A DNA stretch of 64,000 nt from an uncultured Gammaproteobacteria bacterium (GCA_963748215.1 CAVVHS010000008.1:32001-96000); one strand, 5' to 3'; counted from the first letter of the stretch, positions 19,856-31,182 are shown. Notes: a model not told the origin generated them from the sequence alone. Translations and numbers: made by a program.

Positions 19856-20410
19856 ATGTCAGACTTACCCGACCTGAACGAACAGATCCTGATATCCCAT
19901 ACAGGACTGATACACCGCGTGGTCATGCACTGCAATAACCCCGGCTCGGTACCGGATATCGAACAGGTACTGCAGCAGGCAGAAGCGAATGACTGGAAGC
20001 AGCTGGTTACTGCCATCCGCGACATCATGTCCGGCAAGCGCGACGAAAGCGTCCTCCTGGGACTGGATGACGAGGACCGGGTGATTGCCGAGTCAATCCT
20101 GAAGGGATTGCAGGACCCGGCCACGCTGCCGCCGCTGCAGACGGACATCGAGTCCGGCATGGCTGCCCCGGGTATCGCCGGTCTCATCCACGCCTCGCGG
20201 AATGGCAATGCACAGGCCCTGCACATCATCGGCAACATCGCCCAGCAGATGCTGTCAGCCGGCGGTGACATGGGCATTCTGGCCGGTCGCCTGCGCCCGC
20301 TGGTGGAAGGCGAACGCGACACGGACAAGCTCACCGAAAAGATGTCTGACAAGGGTCAGAAACTGATGATGGACATCATCGAGGAACTGCTCAAACTCGA
20401 GGCGAACTGA
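19856..20410 (+). CDS. Hypothetical helical protein
   Basis: 184 aa, 3 bp after rnt, host-like codon usage. Confidence 0.8.
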   Translation: MSDLPDLNEQILISHTGLIHRVVMHCNNPGSVPDIEQVLQQAEANDWKQLVTAIRDIMSGKRDESVLLGLDDEDRVIAESILKGLQDPATLPPLQTDIESGMAAPGIAGLIHASRNGNAQALHIIGNIAQQMLSAGGDMGILAGRLRPLVEGERDTDKLTEKMSDKGQKLMMDIIEELLKLEAN

Positions 20411-20418
20411 TTTAATTT

Positions 20419-20803
20419 ATGGCCACGGAAACACACGGAATGACACGGAAGGTTGCCTCACCCGTACCCCAGGGCGCAGGCGTAGGGTGCGTTTTACGCA
20501 CCATGACAGCGCCCGGGGTGCCCTCCCTGCAGCTGAGGTGGGGTGTGAAACGTGAAAAGAAAAATGGCCACGGAATCCACGGAAGCACACGGAAAAATTT
20601 CAATGCGGGTGCATTGTGGTTAATAACGACAGACAGCTGAATTCAGCCGCTTGACGAATTGCTGATATACCCCGTCATTCCGGCGCAGGCCGGAATCCAG
20701 GGAAAAGGTTGTAGGGTGCACTTCGTGAACCAGCTCTGGTGCGTAAAACGCACCCTACATTGATGTAATTTTTCCGTGTGCTTTCGTGTGATTCCGTGGC
20801 AAT
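20419..20803. repeat. ~390-bp composite repeat, right (inverted) arm
   Basis: Reverse complement of 18720-19115. Confidence 0.9.
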
Positions 20804-20809
20804 TTATAA

Positions 20810-21136
20810 TTACCCCGCCGCACCCGCCATGGCTTCCTTGACCAGCTTCTGCAACTCGCCCTTCTGGTACAGCTCCAGCGTGATGTCGCAGCCGCCGATC
20901 AGTTCCCCGTTGATGTAGATCTGCGGGAAGGTCGGCCAGTTGGCATAGCGCGGCAGGTTCTGGAAGACCTCCTGGTCGGCCAGCACGTTGACATGTGCAA
21001 ACGGCTCGCCACAGGCGGCCAGCGCCTGCGCCGCACGGCTGGAATAGCCGCACTGTGGCAGTTGCGGCGTGCCCTTCATGAAAATGACCACCGGGCTGCC
21101 TTTCACCGCCGTATCGATACGCTCCATTACATCCAT
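20810..21136 (-). CDS. grxD: Monothiol glutaredoxin Grx4
   Basis: FMKGTP, CGYS, WPTFPQ, GGCDI. Confidence 0.95.
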   Translation of the reverse strand: MDVMERIDTAVKGSPVVIFMKGTPQLPQCGYSSRAAQALAACGEPFAHVNVLADQEVFQNLPRYANWPTFPQIYINGELIGGCDITLELYQKGELQKLVKEAMAGAAG

Positions 21137-21220
21137 TATCTTACCCTCGTGAATTTAGAACAGGTACAAATCCTATTGGGGCAGTGTACCCCTGTTACAA
21201 GGCTGAAATAAAGCGACCGC

Positions 21221-23003
21221 TTACAGGGATTTGTCGATATTGCACTGCAACCAGAACTCGAGCAGGGCCAGATGCCACAGCTTGTTGCCCTGGATGCGCG
21301 TGTGCTGCCCTTCCGGGTTTGCCAGCAGTTCGTCCACGTAGTCACGCCGGTACAGGCCACGATTCCGGCAGGCGTCGGAATTGACCACGTCGCGCACGAA
21401 CGCCAGCACCTCGCCGCGCACGAACTTCAGCGCCGGCACCGGAAAATAACCCTTGGGACGGTCGATCACGATATCCGGCAACAGGCCGCGCGCGATGACC
21501 TTGAGCGGGTGCTTGCCACCGGAACGCAGTTTCACCTCGGGTGGCATGCATGCCACCAGCTCGACCAGGTGCTGGTCGAGGAACGGCACGCGCGCCTCCA
21601 GACCCCAGGCCATGGTCATGTTATCCACGCGCTTGACCGGATCGTCGACGATCAGCGTGGTCACGTCATAGGCCAGCACGCGGTTGATGAAGCGGTCGGC
21701 GCGGAAGCCAGCCAGCCCGTGCGCCACCCGCGGCGTGGTGTAGTCGATGCCGTGATAACGTGGATCGACCATGCGTTGCCACTCTTCGTGGTCACGATCG
21801 AAGTAATGCGGCGCGAATCGCTCGATGTCGGTACCATGTGCATCCTGCATGCGCGGATACCAGAAGTAACCGCCGAACACCTCGTCCGCGCCCTGCCCGC
21901 TCTGCACCACCTTGACGTGCTGCGACACGCGCTCGCCGAGCAGGTAGAACGCCACGGCATCCTGGCTGACCATCGGTTCGGCCATGTTGGCGACGGCCTC
22001 GGGCAGACGCGCCAGCACTTCGCTGTTGGGAATGGTGAAACGGTGATGGCGCGTACCATACAGCTCCGCGACCAGGTCGGAATACTGGAACTCGTCGCCC
22101 TTTTCCTCCGGCTGGTCCTCGAAGCCGACCGAGAAGGTGAGCAGATCGCTGCAGCCGGCCTCGGCCAGCAGCGCCACCAGCAGGCTGGAGTCCAGTCCGC
22201 CGGACAGCAGCAGGCCAACCGGCACATCCGCGATCTCGAGGCGTTTCCTGATCGCCTGTTTCAGGGTCTCGTGTGCCGCCTCGATCCATTCCCATTCGGT
22301 GTACTGCTGGCGGCAATTCGCGGACATCGAGGTGCCAGTAACGGCGCAGCGTCCTGCGCGGCTGCGGCGTGACCGTCAGGCTGTAGCCAGGTGCCAGCTT
22401 GCGCAGGCCGCGCAGCAGGGTGCGCGGCGCCGGCACCACGGCATGGAGTGTGAAATGATGATGCAGGGCCACCGGGTCGATGGCGGTATCCAGCCCGCCG
22501 GCCGCCAGCAGTGCCTGGCTGGTCGAGGCGAAGCGGATACCCTGGCGCGTGAAACTGTAATACAGCGGCTTGATGCCGAATCTGTCGCGCGCCAGGAACA
22601 GCTGTTGCCGGCGGCTGTCCCAGATCGCGAAGGCGAACATGCCGTGCAAGCGGGTCGGACAGTCCTCGCCCCACTGGGCATACGCCCTGAGAATGACCTC
22701 GGTATCGCCGTCGGAAACGAAATGATGACCGAGCGCCTGCAGCTCCTTGCGCAGTTCCGGGTAGTTGTAGATGGTGCCATTGAAGACCAGTGCGAGTCCG
22801 GCCGCGTCATCGCGCATGGGCTGCGCGGCACGTTCCGACAGGTCGATGACCGCCAGTCGCCGGTGTCCCAGCGCGACCGGGCCGTTGAACCAGGTGCCGC
22901 TGCCGTCCGGTCCGCGCCGCGCGAGCGCATCCGTCATCCGGCCGAGCATGCCCCGGTCCGGCGTCTGTCCGTCAAAGCGCAACTCACCGCAGATTCCGCA
23001 CAT
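21221..23003 (-). pseudogene. Asparagine-synthase-like amidotransferase (NAGGN amidotransferase type), frameshifted near 22320 as sequenced
   Basis: MCGICGE, RRGPDG, HRRLAVID, RDRFGIKP in one frame; LLSGGLDSS, SGQGADE, RVDNMTMAWGLEARVPF in the next. Confidence 0.88.
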
Positions 23004-23038
23004 CGTCTTTAGTCAGCCCCGTCCCATCATGCAACAGT

Positions 23039-23240
23039 AAAAGGTGTCAGATCCCTTTTTCTGTCATCACGAAAAATTATTCATGTCTCATTTGCCAGAA
23101 AAGGGTTCTGATCCCACTGCTGTCCAGCAAATACTCCCTCTCCCTCCGGGAGAGGGTTGGGGAGAGGGGCTCAAATCAAGCCATCTTCCTGATTTTCTAT
23201 CCCCTCTTCCTGTCCTTCTCCCGGCGGGAGAAGGGACGCA
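23039..23240. repeat. GTCAGA-type and CCCTCTCCC-type palindromic repeats
   Basis: AAAAGGTGTCAGATCCCTTTT / AAAAGGGTTCTGATCCC and CCCTCTCCCTCCGGGAGAGGGTTGGGGAGAGGGG with an inverted partner. Confidence 0.75.
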
Positions 23241-23370
23241 GTGTTTGTAGAGCTAGGCCCGGGTTTCATGTTCTTGCGCGTTCAACCAGCAAGCAAAACA
23301 CTGTCATTCATGGATTTGCCGATAGTTCAGTTTATGCTTATGGGACAGCACTGATCTGATCCCTTTTTAC

Positions 23371-24909
23371 TTACTGCGGACTGCCCCAGCCGCCACCGCC
23401 GGGGGTCTCCAGCACCAGTGTTTCTTCACTGGCAACTTGCAGGGTGATCTTGCCCGGCAAAAGTTCCGCGCCGCGCCGGTTGACACCGCATGCGCCGGGC
23501 GCGCCGCCATTGAGGCCCCAGGGTGCATGCCGGCGACGCTCGGTCAGCAAGGTGACCGTGGCCGGTGCGAGAAAGCAGAATTCGCGCACCAGCCCGTCAC
23601 CGCCGCGGTGCAGGCCCGCCCCGCCGGAACCGTCGCGCAGCTGGTAGCGGTTGATGCGCAGCGGGAAATTCATCTCCAGCACTTCGATCGGTGTATTCAG
23701 CGTATTGGTCATGTGTGTCTGCACGGCGCTCAGGCCATCGTACACAGGGCCCGCACCCGCGCCACCGGCGAGGGTTTCGTAGTAATCCCAGCAAAAGCCT
23801 TTCGAACGCGCGCCCATGGCCAGGTTGTTCATCGTACCCTGACTGGCGGCCGGCACGCTATCGGGCAGGGCCTGCGCAAGCGCGCCCATGACCGCATCGA
23901 CAATCCGGCTGCTGGTCTCCACGTTGCCGGCCGCCACCGCCGCGGGATAGCCTGCGTTCAGCAGGCAGCCGGCCGGGGCCCGGAGACGGATGTTGCAAAA
24001 ACTGCCGGCACAGGCCGGTGTCTGTGCCGGCATCAGGCAGCGGAACACGTACAGCACGGCGGCGGCGGCCACGGACAGCGGGCAATTGATGTTGCCTTCC
24101 ACCTGCGCGGCCGTGCCTGCGAAGTCGACCTCGACAGCGCCGTTGCTGACGCGCAGGGTGACGGCAATGCGGATATCCTGCTGCCCCTGCCCGTCATCGT
24201 CCATGACGTCCTCGAAGCGATAGCTGCCATCCGGGATGCCCGCCAGCGCCCGCTGCGCCAGGCGCGCACCGTAATCGTTGACCGCGTCCAGTCCGGCGCG
24301 GTAGCGATCGACACCGGCCTGCGCGGCCAGCGCCGCCAGTTGCCGCACGCCGGAATGGTTGGCGCTGATCTGCGCCGCCAGGTCGCCGCGCATCTGCAGC
24401 GGGCTGGCGGTGGCCTGCGTGATGCGCTGCATGACCTCCGCCACGGCTTGCCCGGCCCGCAGCAGGTGCACCGGCGCGATGACCAGGCCCTCCTCCTCCA
24501 GGTGCCGCGACACCGGCATCGAGCCCGGCGTGTGAGCCCCGATATCCGCGTGATGGGCACGGTTGGCGACGAAGCCGACCAGTTCCCGGTCGACGTGCAC
24601 CGGCGCGATCAGCGTGACATCCGGCAGGTGGGTGCCTCCCAGGTACGGATCATTGACGATCACCATGTCATCCTGCGCCCAGTCGAGCCGCGCCACCAGG
24701 TCGCGCATGGCGAACGCCATGCTGCCGAGATGGACGGGAATGTGCGCCGCCTGTGCGCACAGCTCACCGTCAGCGTCGAACACCGCGCAGGAATAATCCA
24801 GCCGGTCCTTGATGTTGGTCGAGAACGCGGCTCGCCGCAGCACGGCGCCCATCTCGTCGCAGACGGCAGTGACCTGGCTGACAAACAGGCTGAGCTCGAT
24901 GGCATTCAC
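23371..24909 (-). CDS. Hydantoinase B / 5-oxoprolinase subunit
   Basis: AFSTNIKDRLDYSCA, HIPVHLG, NDPYLGGTHLPD, ETPGGGGWG; GTG start inferred. Confidence 0.93.
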   Translation of the reverse strand: MNAIELSLFVSQVTAVCDEMGAVLRRAAFSTNIKDRLDYSCAVFDADGELCAQAAHIPVHLGSMAFAMRDLVARLDWAQDDMVIVNDPYLGGTHLPDVTLIAPVHVDRELVGFVANRAHHADIGAHTPGSMPVSRHLEEEGLVIAPVHLLRAGQAVAEVMQRITQATASPLQMRGDLAAQISANHSGVRQLAALAAQAGVDRYRAGLDAVNDYGARLAQRALAGIPDGSYRFEDVMDDDGQGQQDIRIAVTLRVSNGAVEVDFAGTAAQVEGNINCPLSVAAAAVLYVFRCLMPAQTPACAGSFCNIRLRAPAGCLLNAGYPAAVAAGNVETSSRIVDAVMGALAQALPDSVPAASQGTMNNLAMGARSKGFCWDYYETLAGGAGAGPVYDGLSAVQTHMTNTLNTPIEVLEMNFPLRINRYQLRDGSGGAGLHRGGDGLVREFCFLAPATVTLLTERRRHAPWGLNGGAPGACGVNRRGAELLPGKITLQVASEETLVLETPGGGGWGSPQ

Positions 24910-25117
24910 GCGCAAATTCACCCGACGGCTTTCGCCCGCAGCAATTTGCGGGCACAGGAACAACTACTCTAACTCAATGCTTTAATGACAGAAAACGGTA
25001 ATCAAGCATATTGCAAATGGGCCAACGCTCCCGTATCCTCCATTTCCCGACTGTTTCAGTCACCTATTTCAAACAATCCACGTGGCGCACGTCACGGGCC
25101 TAGGGAGTCAAAAAGCA

Positions 25118-25705
25118 ATGAATCCGTTAACTTCTATCTGGGGAACCATCATTTCCGGCTTTGTCCTGGCAGTACTGATCGTGCTGGGTGTGGGCGTATC
25201 GGAAGTCAGACTGTGGGCCATTGAGGTCTGGGCACACGTGCTGGTCGGCATCACCTGGATTGGCCTGCTCTACTACTTCAACTTCGTCCAGGTACCGGCC
25301 GTCGGCGAGGCGCTGGGTGACAAGGACGGCCCCGGCCCGGCCGCCATCAACAAGTACGTCGCGCCGCGCGCCCTGCTGTGGTTCCGCTGGGCCGCCGTCG
25401 CCACCTGGCTGACCGGCGCCGCGGCACTGGAAACCATGCCAGGCAGCAGCCTTGTCGGCGCGTTCACGTTGTCAGAAGGGCTGGTTGTCATCGGCATCGG
25501 CGCCTGGCTGGGCACCATCATGCTGTTCAACGTCTGGGTGCTGATCTGGCCGAACCAGAAAAAGATCCTCGGCATGGTACAGGCCAGCCCCGAAGAGATT
25601 GCCGGCGCCAAGAAGGTTGCCCTGATGGCCTCGCGCACCAACACCCTGCTCTCCATCCCCATGCTGATGTGCATGACCGGCCATATGCACGGTCTGCCGT
25701 TCTGA
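25118..25705 (+). CDS. PuuD/urate hydroxylase N-domain membrane protein
   Basis: WAHVLVGITWIGLLYYFNFVQ, GTIMLFNVWVLIWPNQKK, SRTNTLLSIPM. Confidence 0.85.
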   Translation: MNPLTSIWGTIISGFVLAVLIVLGVGVSEVRLWAIEVWAHVLVGITWIGLLYYFNFVQVPAVGEALGDKDGPGPAAINKYVAPRALLWFRWAAVATWLTGAAALETMPGSSLVGAFTLSEGLVVIGIGAWLGTIMLFNVWVLIWPNQKKILGMVQASPEEIAGAKKVALMASRTNTLLSIPMLMCMTGHMHGLPF

Positions 25706-25769
25706 TCCAGGGCAGGGCTTCCTGACGAAGCAGTCGTAACGACAGGCCGGTTTGTCTCCGGCACAGGCA

Positions 25770-25802
25770 GCAAACCCGGTCCCTGACCGGGTTTGCGCTT
25801 TT
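25770..25802 (+). terminator. Probable intrinsic terminator
   Basis: GCAAACCCGGTC-CCT-GACCGGGTTTGC followed by GCTTTT. Confidence 0.6.
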
Positions 25803-25883
25803 CCGGCCCGGGACTATAGAATCGGCCTTCGTCATACTGGCAGTCTGCACAGGCTGCCTTTTCTATTTTGGGTAGTACGAACC

Positions 25884-27068
25884 ATGTCCGAGCATCTTAT
25901 GTCGACCTATAACAGGCTGCCCGTGCAATTCGAGCGTGGTGAAGGCGTCTGGCTGTGGGACAGCGAGCACCGGCAATACCTCGACGCCCTGGCCGGTATT
26001 GCCGTGTGCGGCCTGGGCCACGCCCACCCCGCGGTCACCCGGGCCATCTGCGAGCAGGCGGGCAAGCTGGTGCACACCTCGAACCTGTACGGCATCGACC
26101 TGCAGACGCAGCTGGCCGATCGCCTGTGTGCGTTGTCGGGCATGGACCGCGTGTTCTTCTGCAACTCCGGCGCGGAATCCAACGAGGCCGCCATCAAGAT
26201 CGCACGCCTGTACGGCCACAGCCAGGACATTGCCTGCCCGGCCATTATCGTGATGGAAAAGAGTTTCCACGGCCGTACGCTGGCCACGCTGACCGCGACC
26301 GGCAACCGCCGCATCCAGGCCGGTTTCGAACCGCTGGTACAGGGTTTTCTGCGCGTGCCCTACAATGACATCGAGGCACTGCGCAGTATTGCCGCCGGCA
26401 AAAACGACGCCGTTGCCGTGCTGGTCGAACCGGTGCAGGGCGAGGGCGGCATTAACATACCGGACCCGACCTACCTTGCGGACATCCGCGCCATCTGTGA
26501 TGAACAGGGCTGGCTGATGATGCTGGACGAGATCCAGACCGGCATGGGCCGCACCGGACAGTGGTTTGCCTGGCAGCACACGAATGCACAGCCTGACGTG
26601 TTCACGCTGGCGAAATCGCTCGGCAACGGCGTGCCGATCGGCGCCTGCCTGGCGCGCGGCAAGGCAGCCGAATTGCTGCAGCCGGGCATGCATGGCACCA
26701 CCTTCGGCGGCAACCCGCTGGCCTGCAGCGCGGCCCTGGCTGTGCTCGACAGCATCGAGGACGAACAGCTGGTCGCGCATGCCGCCACGCTCGGCAAGTA
26801 CCTGCTGGACGGTTTCAACGCCGTCCTGTCCGGTGTCACGGGCGTCGTGGCGGTACGCGGCCACGGCCTGATGCTGGGCATCGAACTCGACCGTCCCTGC
26901 GCGGCACTGGTCGGCAAGGCACTTGACCAGGGACTGCTGATCAACGTCACCGCGGAGCGGGTGATACGCCTGCTGCCGCCGCTGATCATCACCCAAAAAC
27001 AGGCCGACTTGATCATCGAAGGGGTCAGCGGCCTGGTCAGCGATTTACTCAACGGACCCGCGACATGA
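25884..27068 (+). CDS. argD: Acetylornithine aminotransferase
   Basis: [42 protein letters not shown]; coupled to argF. Confidence 0.95.
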   Translation: MSEHLMSTYNRLPVQFERGEGVWLWDSEHRQYLDALAGIAVCGLGHAHPAVTRAICEQAGKLVHTSNLYGIDLQTQLADRLCALSGMDRVFFCNSGAESNEAAIKIARLYGHSQDIACPAIIVMEKSFHGRTLATLTATGNRRIQAGFEPLVQGFLRVPYNDIEALRSIAAGKNDAVAVLVEPVQGEGGINIPDPTYLADIRAICDEQGWLMMLDEIQTGMGRTGQWFAWQHTNAQPDVFTLAKSLGNGVPIGACLARGKAAELLQPGMHGTTFGGNPLACSAALAVLDSIEDEQLVAHAATLGKYLLDGFNAVLSGVTGVVAVRGHGLMLGIELDRPCAALVGKALDQGLLINVTAERVIRLLPPLIITQKQADLIIEGVSGLVSDLLNGPAT

Positions 27069-27970
27069 GCACCAGACACTTCCTGACCCTGATGGACCTG
27101 AGCGCGGACGAACTGGAGCGGCTGGTGCAGCGCGCCATCGAGTTGAAGGCCTGGAACCGCGCCGGCAGGCTGCATGAACCCTTCAAGCACCGCGTGCTGG
27201 CCATGGTGTTCGACAAGTCATCGACCCGCACGCGCATGTCGTTCGAGGTCGGCATGGCGCAGCTGGGCGGACACGCGGTATTCCTGTCGCCGCGCGATAC
27301 CCAGCTGGGACGCGGCGAGACCGTCGAGGACAGCGCGCGCGTGCTCTCGCGCATGTCAGATGTCATCATGATCCGCACCTACGAACACGAGAAGCTCGAG
27401 CGCTTCGCCAGCTACTCCAGCGTGCCGGTCATCAACGCCCTGACCGACCTGTATCACCCCTGCCAGCTGCTGGCCGACATGCAGACCTGGGTCGAGCACC
27501 GCGGCGACATCCGCGGGCGGACCGTGGCCTAGATCGGCGATGGCAACAATATGTGCCATTCCTATATCAATGCAGCGCGCCAGTTCGGTTTCACCCTGAA
27601 CATCGCCTGTCCGGACGGCTATGCGCCGGATGCGAACATCCTCGCCGCCGCCGGCGACCGCGTGACCGTCATGGCCTCCGCGCTCGATGCGGCACGCGGC
27701 GCCGACCTGGTCATCACCGATGTCTGGGCCAGCATGGGCCAGGAAGACGAACAGGACAAGCGCGCACGTGCCTTCGCCGACTACCAGGTGAACACGGCCA
27801 TCATGCAGGCCGCGGCAGCCGACGCCCTGTTCATGCACTGCCTGCCGGCGCACCGCGGCGAGGAAGTCGCGGCCGAGGTGATCGACGGCCCGCAGAGCGT
27901 GGTGTGGGACGAGGCGGAAAACCGCCTGCATGCCCAGAAGGCCCTGCTGGAACTGCTGTTGAGCCGCTAG
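27065..27970 (+). pseudogene. argF: Ornithine carbamoyltransferase with in-frame TAG at 27530-27532 as sequenced
   Basis: SSTRTR, HPCQ, VA*IGDGNN (expected W), [15 protein letters not shown], all in one frame. Confidence 0.92.
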
Positions 27971-28002
27971 CGCCGGTCCGGCGCACGCCGGAGTTGAGCA
28001 GG

Positions 28003-28330
28003 TGTAGGGTGCGTTTCACGCACCGGGAATAGTGCATTGTAGGAGCGGACCGCGTCCGCGATCCTGTTGCGTCCACAAAAGATCGCGCTTGAGAAGCGCT
28101 CCTACAGCAATCGACGCGCGGGTTGATGTGGTTGATGCAGGGTGCGTTTTACGCATCGGGAATGGTGCACGAAGTGCACCCTACAAATGAATCCGAGGAC
28201 GTGAGATGTGAAAAGAAGAATGGCCACGGAAGCACACGGAACTACACGGAAGGGCACGGAATAACAGATTATTGCAGTAATGCAGGGTGCGTTTCACACA
28301 CCGAAAATGATGCGCGCAGCGCACCCTGCG
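28003..28330. repeat. REP mosaic (GTAG REPs plus CACGGAA unit)
   Basis: GTAGGGTGCGTTTCACGCACC, GTAGGAGCGGACCGCGTCCGCGA, GGTGCACGAAGTGCACCCTAC, GCCACGGAAGCACACGGAA. Confidence 0.85.
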
Positions 28331-28355
28331 ACTGCGCAAGGGGGGGTATGAGTCC

Positions 28356-29727
28356 ATGGACATCATCCGGCAACTGACCGACTGGACCGGCACACTCTCC
28401 GGGCTGCTTTGGGGCAACCCGATCACCCTGCTCGTCCTGCTCGGTACCGGCCTGTACCTGACCCTGCGCATGGGGCTGATCCAGCTGCGCGGCTTCCGCC
28501 ACGCCACCCACCTGATCGCCGGCAAGTACAGCAGTCACGCCGACGTCGGCGAGGTCTCGCACTACCAGGCCCTGTCCACCGCCCTGTCAGCCACCGTCGG
28601 CACCGGCAACATCGCCGGCGTCGCCACCGCGATCTCGCTGGGCGGTCCCGGCGCACTGTTCTGGATGTGGGTCACCGCGCTGTTCGGCATGGCCACCAAG
28701 TTCACCGAATGCACACTGGCCATCCGCTTCCGCACGGTGTCGCCCACCGGCGAGGTGGCGGGCGGTCCCATGTACACGCTGCTCAACGGCCTGCAGATGA
28801 AGCGCACGGCCGCGCTGTTCGCGGTCTGCGCGCTGGTGGCCTCGTTCGGCATCGGTAACATGGTGCAGGCCAATTCGGTAATGGACGGCCTGGGCTACAT
28901 CTTTCCGCAACTGCACGACTACAAATGGTACAGCGGCACCTTGCTCGCCGTGCTGGTCGGGCTGGTGATACTGGGCGGCGTGAAGCGCATCGCGCGCGTG
29001 GCCGGCACCATCGTGCCGTTCATGGCCATCACCTACATCGTCGCGGCCCTGCTGGTGCTGATCAATTACGCCGCCGCCATCCCCGCCGCCTTCGGCACCA
29101 TATTCGACCATGCCCTGAATCCCTGGTCGGTAGGTGGCGCGGCAGTCGGTGAGGCGATCCGCTGGGGCGTGGCGCGCGGCCTGTTCTCCAACGAGGCCGG
29201 GCTGGGTTCCTCGCCCATGGCGCATGCCGCGGCGCGCACCAACGAACCGGTACGCGAGGGACTGGTCGCGATGATGGAGCCGTTCATCGACACGCTGGTG
29301 ATCTGCACCATGACCGGCCTGGTCATCGTGGTGACCGGCGCCTGGCAGGACAGCAGCGATGCCCTGATGGGTGCGGCCCTCACCGCGCACGCCTTCAGCG
29401 GCGCCCTGGGCGATGCCGGCGCCTGGGTGGTCGGCGGCGGACTGACGCTGTTCGCCTACTCCACCATCATCGCCTGGTCCTACTACGGCGACCGCTCGGC
29501 TTATTACCTGTTCGGCGAGCGTGCCGTCATGCCCTACCGCGTGATCTACACGCTGCTGGTGGTGATCGGCTCCGCGGTACCGTCTGCAACTGGTGTGGAA
29601 CCTGGCTGACATCACCAATATCCTGATGGCGCTGCCCAACCTGCTCGGGCTGTTGCTGCTGGCCGGCCTGGTGAAGAAACTGAAGGACGATTATTTTTCC
29701 CGCCCGCACCGGGTGACCGGCGAGTAA
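28356..29727 (+). pseudogene. Alanine/glycine:cation symporter (AgcS family), one extra base near 29583 as sequenced
   Basis: ATVGTGNIAGVA, GGPGALFWMW, RGLFSNEAGLGS; C-terminus VWNLADITNILMALPNL continues in the shifted frame to TAA 29727. Confidence 0.9.
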
Positions 29728-29831
29728 AACGGGCCGGATACATTTTCCAGGTGACAGGCTTTCCTTTGTTGACCATGGGATGGAAAATGTATCCGGCCCC
29801 CTACTGGTACAAACCCGACGAGGAATCGAGC

Positions 29832-30182
29832 ATGACTGAAACCACCACCGACACCGGCCTTCGCTACACCGACGAAAAAACCGGCACGGGCGACACTGTC
29901 ACCGGCCGCGGCCAGACGGTCATCGTGCACTACACCGGCTGGCTGGAAGACGACACCAAGTTCGATTCCAGCCGCGACCGCGACGACCCGTTCAGTTTCC
30001 CGGTCGATTGCGGTTTCGTGATTCCCGGCTGGGACGAAGGCGTGAAAGGCATGCAGGTCGGCGGTATCCGCCGTCTGGTGATCCCGCCTGAACTCGGCTA
30101 CGGCGCGCGCGGCGCCGGTGGCGTCATCCCGCCGAATGCCACGCTGGTGTTCGAAATCGAGCTGCTGGAAATTTCCACTTAA
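29832..30182 (+). CDS. FKBP-type peptidyl-prolyl isomerase
   Basis: VHYTGWL, FDSS, VIPGWDEGV, IPPELGYG, IPPNATLVFEIELL. Confidence 0.95.
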   Translation: MTETTTDTGLRYTDEKTGTGDTVTGRGQTVIVHYTGWLEDDTKFDSSRDRDDPFSFPVDCGFVIPGWDEGVKGMQVGGIRRLVIPPELGYGARGAGGVIPPNATLVFEIELLEIST

Positions 30183-31045
30183 TGCTGATCGAGGTCCTCG
30201 ACGAGACGCTGCTGCACTGCGTGCGCGCGGCGCTGGCGGAAGATGTCGGCCCGGGCGACATCACGGCCGACCTGATTCCCGCCAATCGCCAGGCGCAGGC
30301 CACGGTCATCGCGCGCGAGGCCGCGGTATTGTGCGGTATGGCCTGGTTCGACGCCGTGTTCGCGGAACTCGATACTGCCATCACGGTTGACTGGCGTGTA
30401 AAGGACGGCAGCCGCATCGAGGCCGACCAGACGCTGTGCACGCTGGCGGGGCCGGCACGCGCGATCCTCACCGGCGAGCGGACCGCGCTGAACTTCCTGC
30501 AGACGCTGTCCGGCACCGCCACCCTCGCCAATCGCTACGCCGCACGCGTGGCCGACCTGCCGGTGCAGGTTCTCGATACGCGCAAGACCATTCCCGGCCT
30601 GCGCGATGCACAGAAATACGCCGTGCGCACCGGCGGCGCGAGCAATCACCGCACCGGCCTGTTCGACGGCATCCTGATCAAGGAAAACCACATCAGCGCG
30701 GCCGGCACCATTCGGCAGGCCGTGCAGGATGCCGCACGGCTGCATCCCGGCATCCTGATCGAGGTGGAGATCGAACGGCTGGAACAGATCGACGAGGCCA
30801 TCCCGGCCGGCGCCGGACGGCTGTTACTGGACAACTTCAACCTCGCGCAACTCGCCGACGCCGTGCGCCAGGTCGACGGACGCGTGCCACTCGAGGCCTC
30901 CGGCGGCGTCACCCTCGACAACCTGCGCGACATCGCCCTCACCGGCGTCGACTTCATCTCCGTCGGTACGCTCACCAAGCACGTGCACGCCATCGACCTG
31001 TCGATGCGCTTCGAGAAACCGGGGTCAGAGAGCAATTGTGGCTAA
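30182..31045 (+). CDS. nadC: Quinolinate phosphoribosyltransferase
   Basis: ALAEDVG, ERTALNFLQ, DTRKTIPG, LIKENH, EASGG. Confidence 0.96.
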   Translation: MLIEVLDETLLHCVRAALAEDVGPGDITADLIPANRQAQATVIAREAAVLCGMAWFDAVFAELDTAITVDWRVKDGSRIEADQTLCTLAGPARAILTGERTALNFLQTLSGTATLANRYAARVADLPVQVLDTRKTIPGLRDAQKYAVRTGGASNHRTGLFDGILIKENHISAAGTIRQAVQDAARLHPGILIEVEIERLEQIDEAIPAGAGRLLLDNFNLAQLADAVRQVDGRVPLEASGGVTLDNLRDIALTGVDFISVGTLTKHVHAIDLSMRFEKPGSESNCG

Positions 31046-31052
31046 TATTTAG

Positions 31053-31182
31053 GGAAGCTCTGATTAATCCGTCATTCCGGGCGAAGCGCAGCGGAGACCC
31101 GGAATCCAGGTGTTACAATTCAGGCCGTTACTGGATTCCGGCCTGCGCCGGAATGACGAGCATTGAATTAATCAGAGCTTCC
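31053..31182. mobile_element. MITE with IS5-like ends (second copy)
   Basis: TTAG|GGAAGCTCTGATTAAT...ATTAATCAGAGCTTCC|TCAG; internal GTCATTCCGG...GGAATGAC. Confidence 0.8.

Noticed and set aside
27530-27532. Amber recoding (pyrrolysine or alternative code)
   Set aside because: Single instance at a Trp position; TAG is a normal stop elsewhere, including the end of argF itself
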